Below are positions 52,147-64,000 of a stretch of 64,000 bases of DNA, piece after piece (the stretch's first letter is position 1; each line of letters starts with the position of its first letter). The notes under the pieces were generated by a model that worked only from the letters and a program-made list of their open reading frames with translations, was not told where the DNA came from and searched no databases. Where the stretch lies: the NCBI GenBank assembly GCA_038496445.1, contig JALMLS010000471.1, positions 1 to 64,000 of the forward strand, read 5' to 3'. The stretch is from Trichosphaerium sp. ATCC 40318 (lineage: Eukaryota; Protista; Tubulinea). The translations under genes and the position numbers were made by a program.

Positions 52147-53388
52147 CTACAATAAGTAGTTAGTATCAAGGTTCTCACAACCATTGCAATAAATGGCATA
52201 CTCATCATTGTCATCTCCACCGCTTATCATCCTTGTAGTCCCTCCACAACCCCTTCCTTTAAAGCCTCCAACCGATATCCAATCGGAACCTGAAGCTCCT
52301 CTCACGGGTATGTCATTAGCAGCTTCAGCTAAACAACACGTGTAAGCACTTGAATCACATTAGATCAGCCATGCGTACTCAAATAAAAGTTAGACAATAT
52401 CAGCCTATCGTCTCCGGAATCGCCAAATATAGAAGTAATAGTAACTCTATCCATATCAACAATATCGTTGTCACCTCCAGCTGAAAACAGCAAGAGTTAG
52501 TTACTAGTTAGAACAAAGATAGTGAAGGTTACCTCCAATTTGATCTAAAGTGCTTCCAATAGCCTCAATACAATCATTACCTTCATTTGTAAATATACCA
52601 CCAACTGTAGAATCCGTTACACTAACACAATCATCACCAGTAGATGTGACAAAGCTTGAAAACCTAAACCACTTTCTTAAATGGATAGTTTAACCAAAAT
52701 ATCAAAACTCTTACATTCCATCACCGTCACCATCAGTGTCACTTCCTGAGAATACAATAGCATCATTATCAGCACCTGGACTCAGTGGACCTACGCTAGA
52801 ACCACTAACTCTGATACAATCATCTCCAGGACCTTGAATCTCTTGTCAAAAAACAAAAACCAACAAACTCTTTTTTTATAATTCTTCAGAAAATGTACGA
52901 TCGTTACCTGTGTTAATGACATCTTGAACAGTTGCGTCCACAACCCATACGCAATCATCACCAGCAAACATATCCATACGACCAGTTACAATAGTATCAG
53001 CAAGGATAACAACACAATCAGCTTGTGTTGATCCGCTAATTGATATTGGCGTTGTTTTATCTGTAGGATTAACAATAATACACTTTGTTGTGAAAGCTGC
53101 GTCACTTAAATCGACTATCAACTATTTTAGAATGCATTTCAAAGACTGATGAGGTTAGTACTTGGATCGTTAGCTGTTATCGTTGTACATGAAGACATAT
53201 CTCTAAACGGGCACATATCACATACACGACAAGAGCAGTCACAACCTCTAACCATTGGAGGCATCATTAAATCCCCTGCGAGTGAGTACGCTACTTTTAT
53301 TGTAAATAAAAGCCGTTGTTGTTCATAAAACGTAATGGTAGGTACCAAGACATGAAAAGAATAGGTACACAAGTAGTTTGATGTTCAT
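52147..53388 (-). CDS. Secreted protein with RTX/hemolysin-like Gly-Asp (GxGDDxI) beta-roll repeats
   Basis: Signal peptide MNIKLLVYLFFSCLG; repeats AGDDCV, GPGDDCI, GADNDAI, TGDDCV, EGNDCI, GGDNDIV, DSGDDRL. Confidence 0.68.
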
Positions 53389-53923
53389 CACGTGATAAGA
53401 TATTGTTAAATGACTAAAATAGCGGAGTCTTTGTGAATTCAACCACAAAATCATGATTTCAGATTTTGTAAATATTGTAAATGTGGTGTAAATAACGCAA
53501 CATGCAGGTTGTATTAGTAGGTATTGTTAAAATGAAAATAGCATCTTCTTTCCGTTCGTTGTGTTATTACAAACACTGTATCTTGGGTAGGTTTTCTTAG
53601 TTTCTTTCACGTCGTTCGCTCAAAAAGCAAAAGCTCTCGTATTGTTGTGCAGGTTAATGACTCTCTTCCAACCCCTTTATGCGTTTCCAATGCTTGCCAG
53701 TTGTTAGCAACAACAAAACACAATTTAGTACATGACATTTTCTTCGAGGACCTCTTCTTGGTTATCATCACAGGTCCTCTTTTTCTTTGTTTTTTTGAGA
53801 CAATTTTTACAATTCCTTCTTCTCCATCTTCATGTGTTCTGAACTCATACTAAGAATTCAAATTCTACACACCTCCATGTAAACGCCATACAAACTATAA
53901 GGCCTGGAGTGGATTATGACCAA

Positions 53924-54034
53924 CTAAAAAATGGGGTAATCGATGATATCGAATTGAATCTCGACTGGAAGGAGTATTAGGTGACATTGCTCTGATTTTT
54001 CAGTAAATCTGTTGGGATTGCTTGTTTGGTTCAT
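53924..54034 (-). pseudogene. Truncated paralog of the F-box-like N-terminus of the MORN-repeat genes
   Basis: MNQTSNPNRFTEKSEQCHLILLPVEIQFDIIDYPIF* aligns with RFTAQSDNCHLLNLPLEIQLDIID of 46048-47196, then stops. Confidence 0.68.
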
Positions 54035-54385
54035 GTTTATCCTACAGCGACACGGACATACAAAAACAGTGTTTTGATATGCTACCTTACAAAGTGGTAT
54101 CAGTTACAGCACATTTAGACGCGTATTTATTTATCTCGTGTAAACGCACTTTACCTGTTAAATAGAAGTAACTACAAGGTTAGGGCAAGCCTGTGCAATC
54201 TTCAATAAGCGCATATATTCTCGTGGCTACCAAAGGTGTGACAATTCGCATTCCTGAATAATGGGGTTTTTTTTTTGCAAGTGGTGAAACCCTGTGTCGT
54301 GCTGTGTCTTAACTAAAACCAAAACAAATGACAACTTATTCTTTTCACAATACTTGGAATATATTAAGTTGGGAAACATAGCAAT

Positions 54386-55906
54386 TTACAATAAAACTGG
54401 CTTTGGTTTCTTGACGAGAATACTACAACAAGATAGTCTTCCATCGACCTTTGCAAATTCAGAGCTGTCAACAAGTACAATCTCAAGGTTTCTCTCCTTT
54501 GCTGCTTTTACGATTATAGGTGTACTATTTGGATACTCCTTTTGTGCGATAATGGTATTGTGTATCCTAAACCACGTGATTAGTTTATACCAGGAAGTAA
54601 AAAACAAAGATAAATAACTTCAAACTTAAAAAGAAGTGTACCTAAGAACGTTGCTAGCAGGTGCATCTGGCACAAAGATGAACTCATAGGAAGGATCTAC
54701 AGCTTTCATTACGGCCATTGATTGTTTACCAAGTTCGCTATCGGTTATAAGAACAGTGTGTTCATCAATGAGAGATAGACTACAAGTTAGATGGAGACCT
54801 AATGAAAAGGAAAAATCAGCTCGGAATTTTGTTGTGGGTTTTTTTTTTTTTTGGCTTTACCTTCAGTGACGGGTATGGCGTGAACTTTGTGTTCCGAAAA
54901 AAATGCTTGCATTTGGTCAATAGCGCTTTGGTTTGTACGCTTAGATAATCCGACAAAAATATCTTGGACAAAAATTGTCAGTTGAACATAGTTTCATTTT
55001 CCATTTTAGGAAGAAGGTATATTTACTCACTTTTACCGGCGTATAGAACATCACCGCCATCTATTGTTCCTGGGCTTTTGATTTGACCAACTTCGAATCC
55101 CATCTTCTTGAATACTTCACCAGTCTGAAAAAAACCAAATAAGTAAACGAGATGGAGGTACATGACCCAAAAAGCAAAAGAATAAACCAAACTTTTTTGT
55201 TTTTATTTTTATGGATAGATAAACACGAAAACGCAACATCTTTTTCGTGTTATCCAAAAAAGTTTTTTTTTAGGTCTATTTTTATTCATAATGCCTTCTC
55301 ACAGTAGAAAAGAAACAGACCAACGAATTTAGAAGTCAGTTAAAACTTTTATTTTTTCCGAAAATATTTTCTTTTCAAATTCTCAGTTAAAGCGAATAAA
55401 GTAGATTTTCATGGCCCTTTCTACCTTGTTATGACCATAGAAGGTCAAATAATGATTTTACGTACAGCATTTTGTTCGCCGCGTCTAGCAGGAGCTCCTG
55501 GGATGGTAATAAGCGCCTTGTTTTCTATTACGACGCCTGTATCCTCAATGAAGACACAGTCAGGATATCTCTCATCCAAATCAATCTAAAGAAGAAACGT
55601 TGGCCGTTAATCAAATTAAGACTCTGGGGTTTTTTTGTACATGTTCAATTTCCAGTTGCTTCCCGAGAGCATCTACGTATTCCTTATGTTGCACTCTTGT
55701 CTTTGGTACGTCCAAAGGTGTCTCTGGTTTATCTATAAAGATAGCATCTACGAATGAGTCTAAAAAGTAGATGTGGTTAGAAGAGAGTGTAACTACTCGC
55801 GTCAAGGATTGTGTGACATTCTCCAAAGCCTTGTAGAAGAATTTTACAGTGAAGACTAAGCGTTACCTGGTATACTTCTTACGAGTGCGTGTGTGAATGA
55901 AAACAT
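54386..55906 (-). CDS. DDAH: N(G),N(G)-dimethylarginine dimethylaminohydrolase (amidinotransferase fold)
   Basis: FTHALVRSIP, QHKEYVDAL, YPDCVFIEDT, GAPARRGE, IDGGDVL, FVGLSKRTN, LHL, SEFAKVDGRLSCCS. Confidence 0.93.
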
Positions 55907-56161
55907 TGGCGTTGAGTAGTGATTGAGCTATGAGGGCCTTTAAAAAGGGTATCAAGAATACACGAGACCATTCTTGTTTGAGGTTTGCTTGTACTGAAAA
56001 TAGTGATTGGGTAGCAGTTTGATTGGTGTTGTCGGGAACAGTTACGATACTTTGTGTGAATTCCGCTTAAACCACTAAAATAATCGTAAATTACGTACGT
56101 ATTGTACTACAAGATAGTACGCCATATTATATAGCGTAATATTGACAATGTGAAGCGTTTT

Positions 56162-57406
56162 ATGTCCAAGCGCAAAAAAGTTGTAAAAACAAATCCAAAA
56201 CAATGTTCTTTTCGCCTACACGCAGAGAAAATGAATATGATAGAAGATTTACCAAAAATGCGTATTAAAATACTAATCAAGCCTAAAACCGCTATAACCC
56301 ACTCTACAGACATCACACAGCTTGAAAATAACGTGAGCGTAAATATATACGGCATAACATCGTCAACATACCCACAAATTGACGGAAACAAATACGCATG
56401 TCATCCTATCAAAGACTATTTTTCACTGCTCTGGAGCCACACTGGAGCTCTCTTTTGTATAACTGACGGATGTAATAGAGGACAAAGGGCTCTAGAGGCA
56501 TCAAAAAAAGCCAATGACACGTTCATGAGTGTGCTCAAGAGCAAGATGAAACATATCAATTGTACAAAATTATTAGCCAAAGAATTTATATCTGCTTTAA
56601 GTATTGCGCACGTGACTATTCATAAAGATTATTCTGATGTGTGGGAGGCAGGAACAACTACTATATTAGGAGGACTTATTGTAAAAGTTATTAATGATTC
56701 AAACAAGGATGGTAATTTAAATTCTTGGGCGTTTGTAGGAACCAATATTGGTAGTAATAGAGCTTTTGTTTATAGCAAAAAATTCAAAACAGTTACACAA
56801 CTTGGAGGCGCTGATCGTCTCAAAAAAGATCCTAGGGACCGTGGAGGACGGATTGGTAGTTAATACATTATGTTTGTTGAATAATAACTGTTGTAGGGCC
56901 GACAATGGAAGGTGGTGCCCCTGATTTAAGAAATTGGCGTATCATTTGTGAAACGGTCTATCAAGATGATATTGTATTTATAGTAACTGATGGTGTACAT
57001 CATAACTTTGACCCTGAACAATTAGGAATAACCCCAGGGATGCTTAATCTTGTACCCAAAAATGATAACCGAGATTGGCATGACCTTGATCCAGACCTCG
57101 TAGCGCAAGCAAAACTGGTACTATCTTTTTCTTATATTCTTACCTTGATTGATTCAACTAATGCCTTGGCACGTGTAGGACTTTAAATGTACAAAAATAG
57201 CTGAACTAATACATAAAGACAATGTCGTTGTTACAGCAAAGCATGTGTCAACAACATTAGTACAATACTGCTTCGACACAACATTAAACTTTAGAGCTTT
57301 TTTCAAGCAATTTCCTGCAAAAAAAGCACCTACTGACAGAACACTGTACCCTGGAGTTATGGACCATGTTACATGCCTATCATTCACAGTAGGTATAAAA
57401 AACTAA
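56162..57406 (+). CDS. PP2C-like-domain protein (CG9801 type), with degenerate metal-binding motifs
   Basis: STYP, PIKDYF, ITDGCNRG..ASKKA, AGTTTILGG, DPRDRGGRIG, PDLRN, TDGVHHNFDP, GVMDHVTC. Confidence 0.78.
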
Positions 57407-57845
57407 GTGTATAACACCATAGTGTAAATCTTGTACAATAACATGTTTGGTACTGTAGTCATCTTCGCATTCTTCAAAATCATAACAATCCAATTTTGTA
57501 AGTATCAGTACTAAAAGTGTCCATACTTTATTTGATTGTGACTTGAAGTGAACGCAAGTACCCTACCTGCTAGCTGCATACATCCCACTTTAAAGGCGAA
57601 ATAGCAAACAAGCAAAAAGCTTGCACACAAAGTTGTGTACCACCTGTGACAATTTTTGGTTCCTGCCTTAATTTTGCATTAAGTCTTTAGCTCAGAAAAT
57701 ATCGGCGGTTATTGTGAATCAAGCTTACGTACGCTAGTAATACATAGATTTAATACCTTTCCCAAACTCTCCCATTTGTACTAAAATCGCCGGCTATTTT
57801 TAATTTATAATTTGAGTAGCTTATTGTGCCGTAGAACTATAAAAA

Positions 57846-60800
57846 ATGAGCGAAACAGATCAATTACGCGCTCGTGCAGCTATTGACTGGATCTCGACAG
57901 TAATCGAAGAGCCACTTGTTACAGATGTCCAAGAGGTTAGAGATGAGCGTTTAATATCAAACTTCCAAATAACTACTTTAAACTTTTACCAAAATGTTCC
58001 GTTTGCGTCACAAGTAGCTATAAACGCTAAAACGACGCGTATCTCTTCTTTTGGAGCAAAAACAAAACAATTGAACAAAAAGCGTTTTTTTTTTTAATGT
58101 CATTCCGCTGAACATCTACTTGTAGGCTTTAAAGAATGGAGTTGCTCTATGTAAACTAATGACCGCTTTGTTTCCGGAGAAGCGTCTTATAACAAAGTTT
58201 AATTCAAACACCACATTTAAGTTCAAGGTATGTGCATGTACATTCTTACGTCACTTTCCAATTGCACGCAAACCATGTTTTATTATTTTCCAACTCCGCC
58301 GAAACTCGGCTTTTTCATAAAACAATTCACAATATCGACTTTCATCCTATGTACTCACTTGCAATGTTAGCTAAGAGAGAATATAACCTTTTTTATAAAC
58401 GCTATGGAACAAATAGGTTTTAAAAGGTAAAACACGTCCCTTGTTGTAACTAAGCGTATTAATTATACGTAGAATGGAAGTATTTGAACCTGAAGATGTC
58501 ATGGACGGAAGAAACATAAGATATGTTGTTGACGTCATACATAAACTCGCAGACCATGCTGCAAAGGCAGGTTACCTTTTTAAGCTACATTTACTATTTT
58601 TCTCTTCGTCTGACGTTTCTAATCTACTTTTAGGAGGGTTATGGTACTAAAATAAAAGTATACGCAGATGCGGCACAAGCAGATCAGTCAAAGAACGAAT
58701 TAGAGGCACTTCGACAAAGATCAAAGGAAAAAGGAGGACCTGCACTAGAAAACAAGGAATATGGTAGAAACGCTGATCCATCACCACGTAGCGCCCATAT
58801 CAACGCTAAGTTTTCTGCTCAAAGACAAGAACAGGAGCAGCAGCGTCCACCGCCACAAAACACACAACCTCAAAGAAACTGGGGCGCACAACAACAAAGG
58901 CCTGTAAGACCTCAAGTGTCGCCACAACAACGTCAATCTCCAGCTCCAGCACCTGCGCCAGCACCTGCACCTGCACCAACCCCAGTCCGCGCACCTGCGC
59001 CAGCACCTGTAGTGCAGCAACAAGTACGTAGTCAGTTGTAGAGTTTGAAAGCATTTACATGTGCTAGCCTCCACCACAAAGACCAGCAGCAGCATTTCAA
59101 GCACAAGGAAATGTAGCCGCTGCTCCACCACCTATTCCAGAACCACAACCCTATGCGTCTCCGCATAGTAACATTGGTGTTGCCACACAAGAAAATGGAC
59201 CATCAGGACCAATCACTATTAATGTCCAAGTAACAAACCCTAAAGCCGAAGGCAAAAAGAGGTAGCGTATTTTAATTCCTTTTTTATTTGTAAGGGTACT
59301 CAACGTACTATGTAGGAGAAAGAAAAAGGGCAGTAAATCTCAAGCAAGTGACGATGAAGCAGGTGAACCAGCTAAGAAAGGAAAAAAGTCAAAAAAGGTC
59401 AAAGGCGATGCTGAAGTATCAGGAAAGAAAGGTAAAGCTGGAAAGAAGGGCAAAAAGGGTGGAAAAGGAGAACCAGAGAGTAAAGGTGAAAGTGGTGGAA
59501 AGAAGAAGAGAAGAGATTCTAAAGCCGAGAGACGTGGATCTAAAGGAGCTAAAGGTGGCAAGGAGCCTGGTAAAAAGAAAAAAGTTAAAAAAATCGTTGT
59601 CAGCGATCCAAAAGAGCAAGAGAGGATAAAGAAACTCGAGAGCCAGCTCGAAGAGGCAGATAAGGAAAAGAAAGCACTCACCGTACGTTTGAGAATCTTG
59701 CCTAATTGCGCGTAGTGAACATGTATTTACTCGTTTTTTTAGAAGGAAAAGAAGAACTTATCCAAGAAAGCTGGGCAATTAGAAGAAGCTAACGCTGATC
59801 TCAAAGAAACAGCTGCCGAACTAGAAAAGGCTAGGGCAGAAATTGAAGCACAAGCCAAGCAAGCTGCCATTACACCATTCTCAGCGCCTTATGATGCTCA
59901 AACGCTAAAGTTAGCAATGAAGGGGTTCAATTGCGACCACAAGCTGCTTATTAAAGTGCTTGCAAATCGTAGTCCAAAACAAATCACAAAAATCAAAGAA
60001 CACTTTGAATCAGAGTATAAGAAACCTCTAGAGAAGGCTATTGAAAAGTCTACTAACTTAATGTTCAAATCAGCGCTTATTGCTCTAAGTACGTAGTGGT
60101 AGTATATCTACGCACCCATTTCTTTTGTTTAATTATGTTCAACAACACTCATTTCTTCGTGTAGTACGTACTCGCGATCATATGACTTGCTCATACATTC
60201 GTCGTTCTACAAACTCACCAGTTAACCACGATGGTATCATTGATGTCCTAACACAGTGTAAAAACAAGCGTTTAAAGAGCTTGAGTGTGGAGTATGACAA
60301 ACTATATGCTGAGGGTAAAAAAGCAGGGAATAAAATGGCTAGGTACAACAACCAACAAGCAACAAGCATTCACCGTCTTACCCTCTTTTTTTTTTCGCAG
60401 AGATATTACAAATGCAGCTGGAGGCGGTTCCAACCTTCAAAAGGTTTATGTGGCTTTATTAAAAGCAGAACGTGATGAAGGTGCAACTAATAAGGATGAT
60501 ATTCGCAAGGACACACAGGCACTTTACAAGGCTGGTGAGAAACGTGTTGTTGGTACTAGCAACAGTACCTTTATATCTATTTGCACCAAACGGTCTGCTA
60601 CTCATTTGAGTGAAGTCAGCGAAGCATACGCAGGTACGCTTCTTTGTTACGTTTTTATTTTTTTTATGTTTGTTTAACACCCGCTAAAGGATGGTACGGA
60701 AACACTTTGTACAAGATTATTAATGCCGAGACGTCTGGAAACTACAAAACAGCTCTGAATGCGTTAAGTAAGTATATTGGATTAAGTCATTGTTTTAGTT

Positions 60801-61140
60801 TCAAATTTCTTATTTTTTTCTTTTTAGCACGTGATAAGATAGAGTATTATACCAAGAGATTGAATAAAGCTTTATCAGCTATACCTATGGATGATTATGG
60901 TATTCTTTATCTAATGCTGTCATTGACACCTAAAGAACGCCGAAAAATCAACAAAGAGCATCAGGTAGATATTGTTAAACTTTTTTTTTGGATTTTTTTT
61001 TTTTTGGATTGTTTGCTTACTAGTTAATGTAGAAATTATTTAAGAAGTCTTTGGTTATGTCTATACAAGAGAATGTAGGTGGAAGCTGGAAGAAACTTCT
61101 TCTCGCCTTAATTTACTCACAATACGCGAAACAAGTGTGA
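57846..61140 (+). CDS. Calponin-homology domain + low-complexity linker + coiled coil + annexin core fusion protein
   Basis: AAIDWI..ALKNGVALCKL..RENITFFINAM..FEPEDV (CH); YDAQTLKLAMKG..LIKVLANRS, DTQALYKAGEK..FISICTKRS, IINAETSGNYKTALNAL (annexin). Confidence 0.82.
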
Positions 61141-61515
61141 TAGCCATTCAGACTTCTTTTGCTTTAACTTTTTTTTGTTACAAAAAAAACATGTTACGGT
61201 GATTAACTGTTACAATAAAAAAACATTGTTTTCCACATAAGTTTACACCTTATTGTACAGTAATGTTGTTCCACGTGAGCTTGCAAAAACCAAATAAAGT
61301 AGGCGCTAGCGGTGCCACTTATTCTAAAAAAAAGAGCTTGTTCAAAAACCAAAAGGATTACACGCCTTTCCCAGTTTTTTTGGTGAGACTAGTCATAGGT
61401 CCGTAATACAACATTAACAACACTTGAAAGTTTCAGTGCATCATCGGTTTGATTACAAATACACGTAATGATGTACATAGAACGCATGCAGTATTGTAGT
61501 CAGCCAAAACCAAAT

Positions 61516-62124
61516 TTACCATTTGTAGGTTTTTCTGTCTCGTTTACCTTGGACACAAGTATACACCTCGTTTAATTCACCGGTGTCATGCCAAGTTGTG
61601 CATTCACCTTGTCGTTTACCCTTGACATAAATGGACTGTTCCCTCAAGATGCCATTTGTATGCCAACTCCTGTAGCGTCCTTCTCGTTCACCTCTGACAG
61701 CATGATAGTGTAGAAACATTCTACCATTGCTGTGCCATTCTTTGCACTCACCATGTGTTTTACCTGCTCTGTAATGCTTTTGTGCACGTAACTTACCAGA
61801 GTGCTTGTTAAAACTCTTGCATTCACCATCTAATTTACCATTTACATAATGATAGTGTTTATATAAATGACCATTTTTCCAACGCTTGTACTCTCCTTCA
61901 TATAGACCATGTCTTAATGTTTTATGAGCTGTAATTTTATTTGTTTTTGAGGAATGTTTCAACCATTTGCCATGTCTTTTCAACTCACTATCAAACCTTG
62001 TTGTCACTGCACTGTATTTTGATAACAGCGGCCAATTAAAATACACTTCATTATCTAATTCCATCACAATGAGATGTAGTTCCAGTGGAAGGTGTAATAC
62101 GGTGTAAGTATAACGTTTTGGCAT
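61516..62124 (-). CDS. F-box-like N-terminus + MORN-variant repeats (paralog of 46048-47196), intronless ORF
   Basis: VLHLPLELHLIVMELDNEVYFNWPLLSK..TTRFDSELKRHGKW then GECKEWHSNG-type repeats. Confidence 0.85.
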   Translation of the reverse strand: MPKRYTYTVLHLPLELHLIVMELDNEVYFNWPLLSKYSAVTTRFDSELKRHGKWLKHSSKTNKITAHKTLRHGLYEGEYKRWKNGHLYKHYHYVNGKLDGECKSFNKHSGKLRAQKHYRAGKTHGECKEWHSNGRMFLHYHAVRGEREGRYRSWHTNGILREQSIYVKGKRQGECTTWHDTGELNEVYTCVQGKRDRKTYKW

Positions 62125-62619
62125 AGATTGCTAATAATTTTTAACTTTTTTTGTTTATTTCGAGTTCAAACGAGGATACCTTCTGGTTTGTTGCCATTTT
62201 CTGCTCTTTTCGTTGACAACCACAAATATGGAATGAGGTTGACTGAAATAAACACGTGACATCCAACGAACGCAAGTGAACCTAGATATAAGGAAACTGG
62301 TATTGCCGACCTACATATTGATACGCACTTTTGTTTTCAGAAATAGAAGGCGTAGAAAAGACTATTTTATTTGTGTACAAAGTATTACGCTGAGTCTTTT
62401 TTTTTGTGTGAAAAAAAAACAGGTTTATTTCCAGTAGTGATACTAAACATAACCACTTGCAATCACGTGTACTTGATCTGTCGAATGAGGATTTTGTACC
62501 ACTGTTGGGATACGAACGAACGAATCACCGTGCGTCATAGCACGGTTTCGAGCTTGAATTTGAGGGATAACAGGCTGTGCTACGCTACTTTTAACTAAAA
62601 CTATTATTTTTATCGATGA

Positions 62620-63153
62620 CTAAAAAAACGTACTTGGTCGGAAACTATACTGAGTCCAAGAACCGACACGCTTTGTATCTCTTGCAACCCAACCGTTACG
62701 TTGCATAGATTGTTGGTTTTTTGGAGCTGCGTATACTAGCGCTCCTGGCGGTACAGAAGGTTTAATTTGTTGTACAGGTATCATCTGTTGAGAGCTTTGA
62801 TGCATCGAATGAGAAGATGTTTTGTTGCGTTCTAAGAAAAGCTGTTGCTGAAGCATAGAATTTTCATGATACGTCTTAGCGAAAAGAGCTTCTAATCGTG
62901 TTATATAACGCAAAGAAGCATCTAGGACTTTCGTCCTATTCGTTGCTTTATCACGTTCGTCAGGAGGCAAAATATTAAACAGCTTATTCAATCTAAGATT
63001 GAATTCATCTCTTCTTTTCTTCTCGCAGCTATTTAATAGCTTTTGTTCTTGTACTGTTCTGTCCCGTGATACGCTCCGGTGGCGCTTAGTACCTCTTTTT
63101 TTCTTGCTTGAAGGTGCGCATTGCGCTCTAGGGTATTGTTCGGGATAGTACAT
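62620..63153 (-). CDS. bHLH(-zipper) transcription factor
   Basis: NSCEKKRRDEFNLRLNKLFNILP...NRTKVLDASLRYITRLE followed by Leu heptads. Confidence 0.85.
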   Translation of the reverse strand: MYYPEQYPRAQCAPSSKKKRGTKRHRSVSRDRTVQEQKLLNSCEKKRRDEFNLRLNKLFNILPPDERDKATNRTKVLDASLRYITRLEALFAKTYHENSMLQQQLFLERNKTSSHSMHQSSQQMIPVQQIKPSVPPGALVYAAPKNQQSMQRNGWVARDTKRVGSWTQYSFRPSTFF

Positions 63154-63693
63154 GTGTTACACGCACGTGTGGGGACTGGTATGTTCGTTTGGGAATTCAA
63201 AAAAGGAATCAGACTGCTGTTGACCAGTAGAGATTGATAGGAGTTTCGTAGTTTCGGTTTTGAATTGCTTCTTGTTGTGCTTTATTCTTATATGTGTTAG
63301 AGGAGGTATTATAAAAGAGCTGGCTGAAACTAGTATTTTCAAGACAAAATGCTTTAATTGGCGGTGTATAGAGCAGTGAGGTTGTTATTTCTGCTGGAAA
63401 CCATCTTTCCTGTTTAGAACCACGTGGAGGGAAGTCCGGAAAACGTGTTGCAATCGTTAAAATTCTAGAATAAGCTTTTCTCCCTGACTCCGAAAGTAAT
63501 GCGTTACAAAGGGAAGGCAAAACAAGAGTAAACTACAGAAGTGCATATCAATCTACAACTTTGCGAATTTAAAACTACTTGGCTTCAAAAACGAGTACTC
63601 AATCAGATGGATAATAAATTGTAGAGCAAGCATGAAAGGATGTAGGTTCACTTATAAGTATGATACGCTATAAACAAACAATATATTTCTTTC

Positions 63694-64000
63694 TTAGAAT
63701 AATGGTGCTGTAGGTATTACAGTGCTGTTATTGAAAGCATCATTGTTGGCGTCATTCTCAGCATGCTTTGCCACCACAAACTTTTGTACAATAAATATAA
63801 CTACTGAAGCTAATAAATACCCAGCTCTTAGTAGTCGAGGTCTTGTCAGTGTTACACCAAACACAAGAAAACCTTTTCAACATTAAAAGTTAGAATAAAA
63901 AAAGCAATAACAACTGGCCTTGCAATACGTACCTACTCGTCCAGAGTTGAGCCATGTCATAATATAGTTTCTTAAATGATTCAAGTCTTCTGCGTTCATC
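63694..64000 (-). CDS. 3' end (partial) of a DUF3537/gustatory-receptor-like 7TM ion-channel-family protein; intron 63873-63932
   Basis: Spliced LRNYIMTWLNSGRVGFLVFGVTLTRPRLLRAGYLLASVVIFIVQKF resembles DUF3537 RQALVTYL..N.AGITVFG and the Gr TM7 motif (T/S)xhhhhhQ. Confidence 0.62.

Noticed and set aside
53940-53996. Possible box C/D snoRNA (GATGAT...CTGA)
   Set aside because: The C box is imperfect with no proper terminal stem; better explained as the antisense of the F-box-like relic.

Overview
Gene-dense, intron-rich nuclear DNA from a unicellular eukaryote. The gene set (class C GPCR with a periplasmic-binding-type ectodomain, Ras, G-alpha, CDC123-like ATP-grasp, CG9801-type PP2C) suggests an amoebozoan-like protist; this is an inference. 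About 33 protein-coding genes were reconstructed by hand across short introns (mostly 40-110 nt, donor consensus GTACGT). They include PES1, a DYRK kinase, GLRX3, CARNMT1, SMC5, HDDC2, a KANSL1-like protein, a P450, TRMT1L, DDAH and a bHLH factor. No tRNA, rRNA or CRISPR array was recognised. Most notable observations: (1) three minor-spliceosome (U12-type) introns plus about six GC-AG introns; (2) a dispersed F-box-like + MORN-variant repeat family with a recently shuffled 72-bp repeat array and a decayed third copy; (3) unusual fusions (WH2-like + CDC123/R2K ATP-grasp, calponin-homology + annexin, His/Cys-repeat + CARNMT1); (4) a G-alpha lacking its catalytic Arg; (5) protist TRMT1L, KANSL1-like and DUF3537/GRL-like genes; (6) strong over-representation of CACGTG; (7) a CpG-depleted, transposon-like left end with a palindromic repeat array. 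Gene models and family calls come from manual motif recognition, not database searches.
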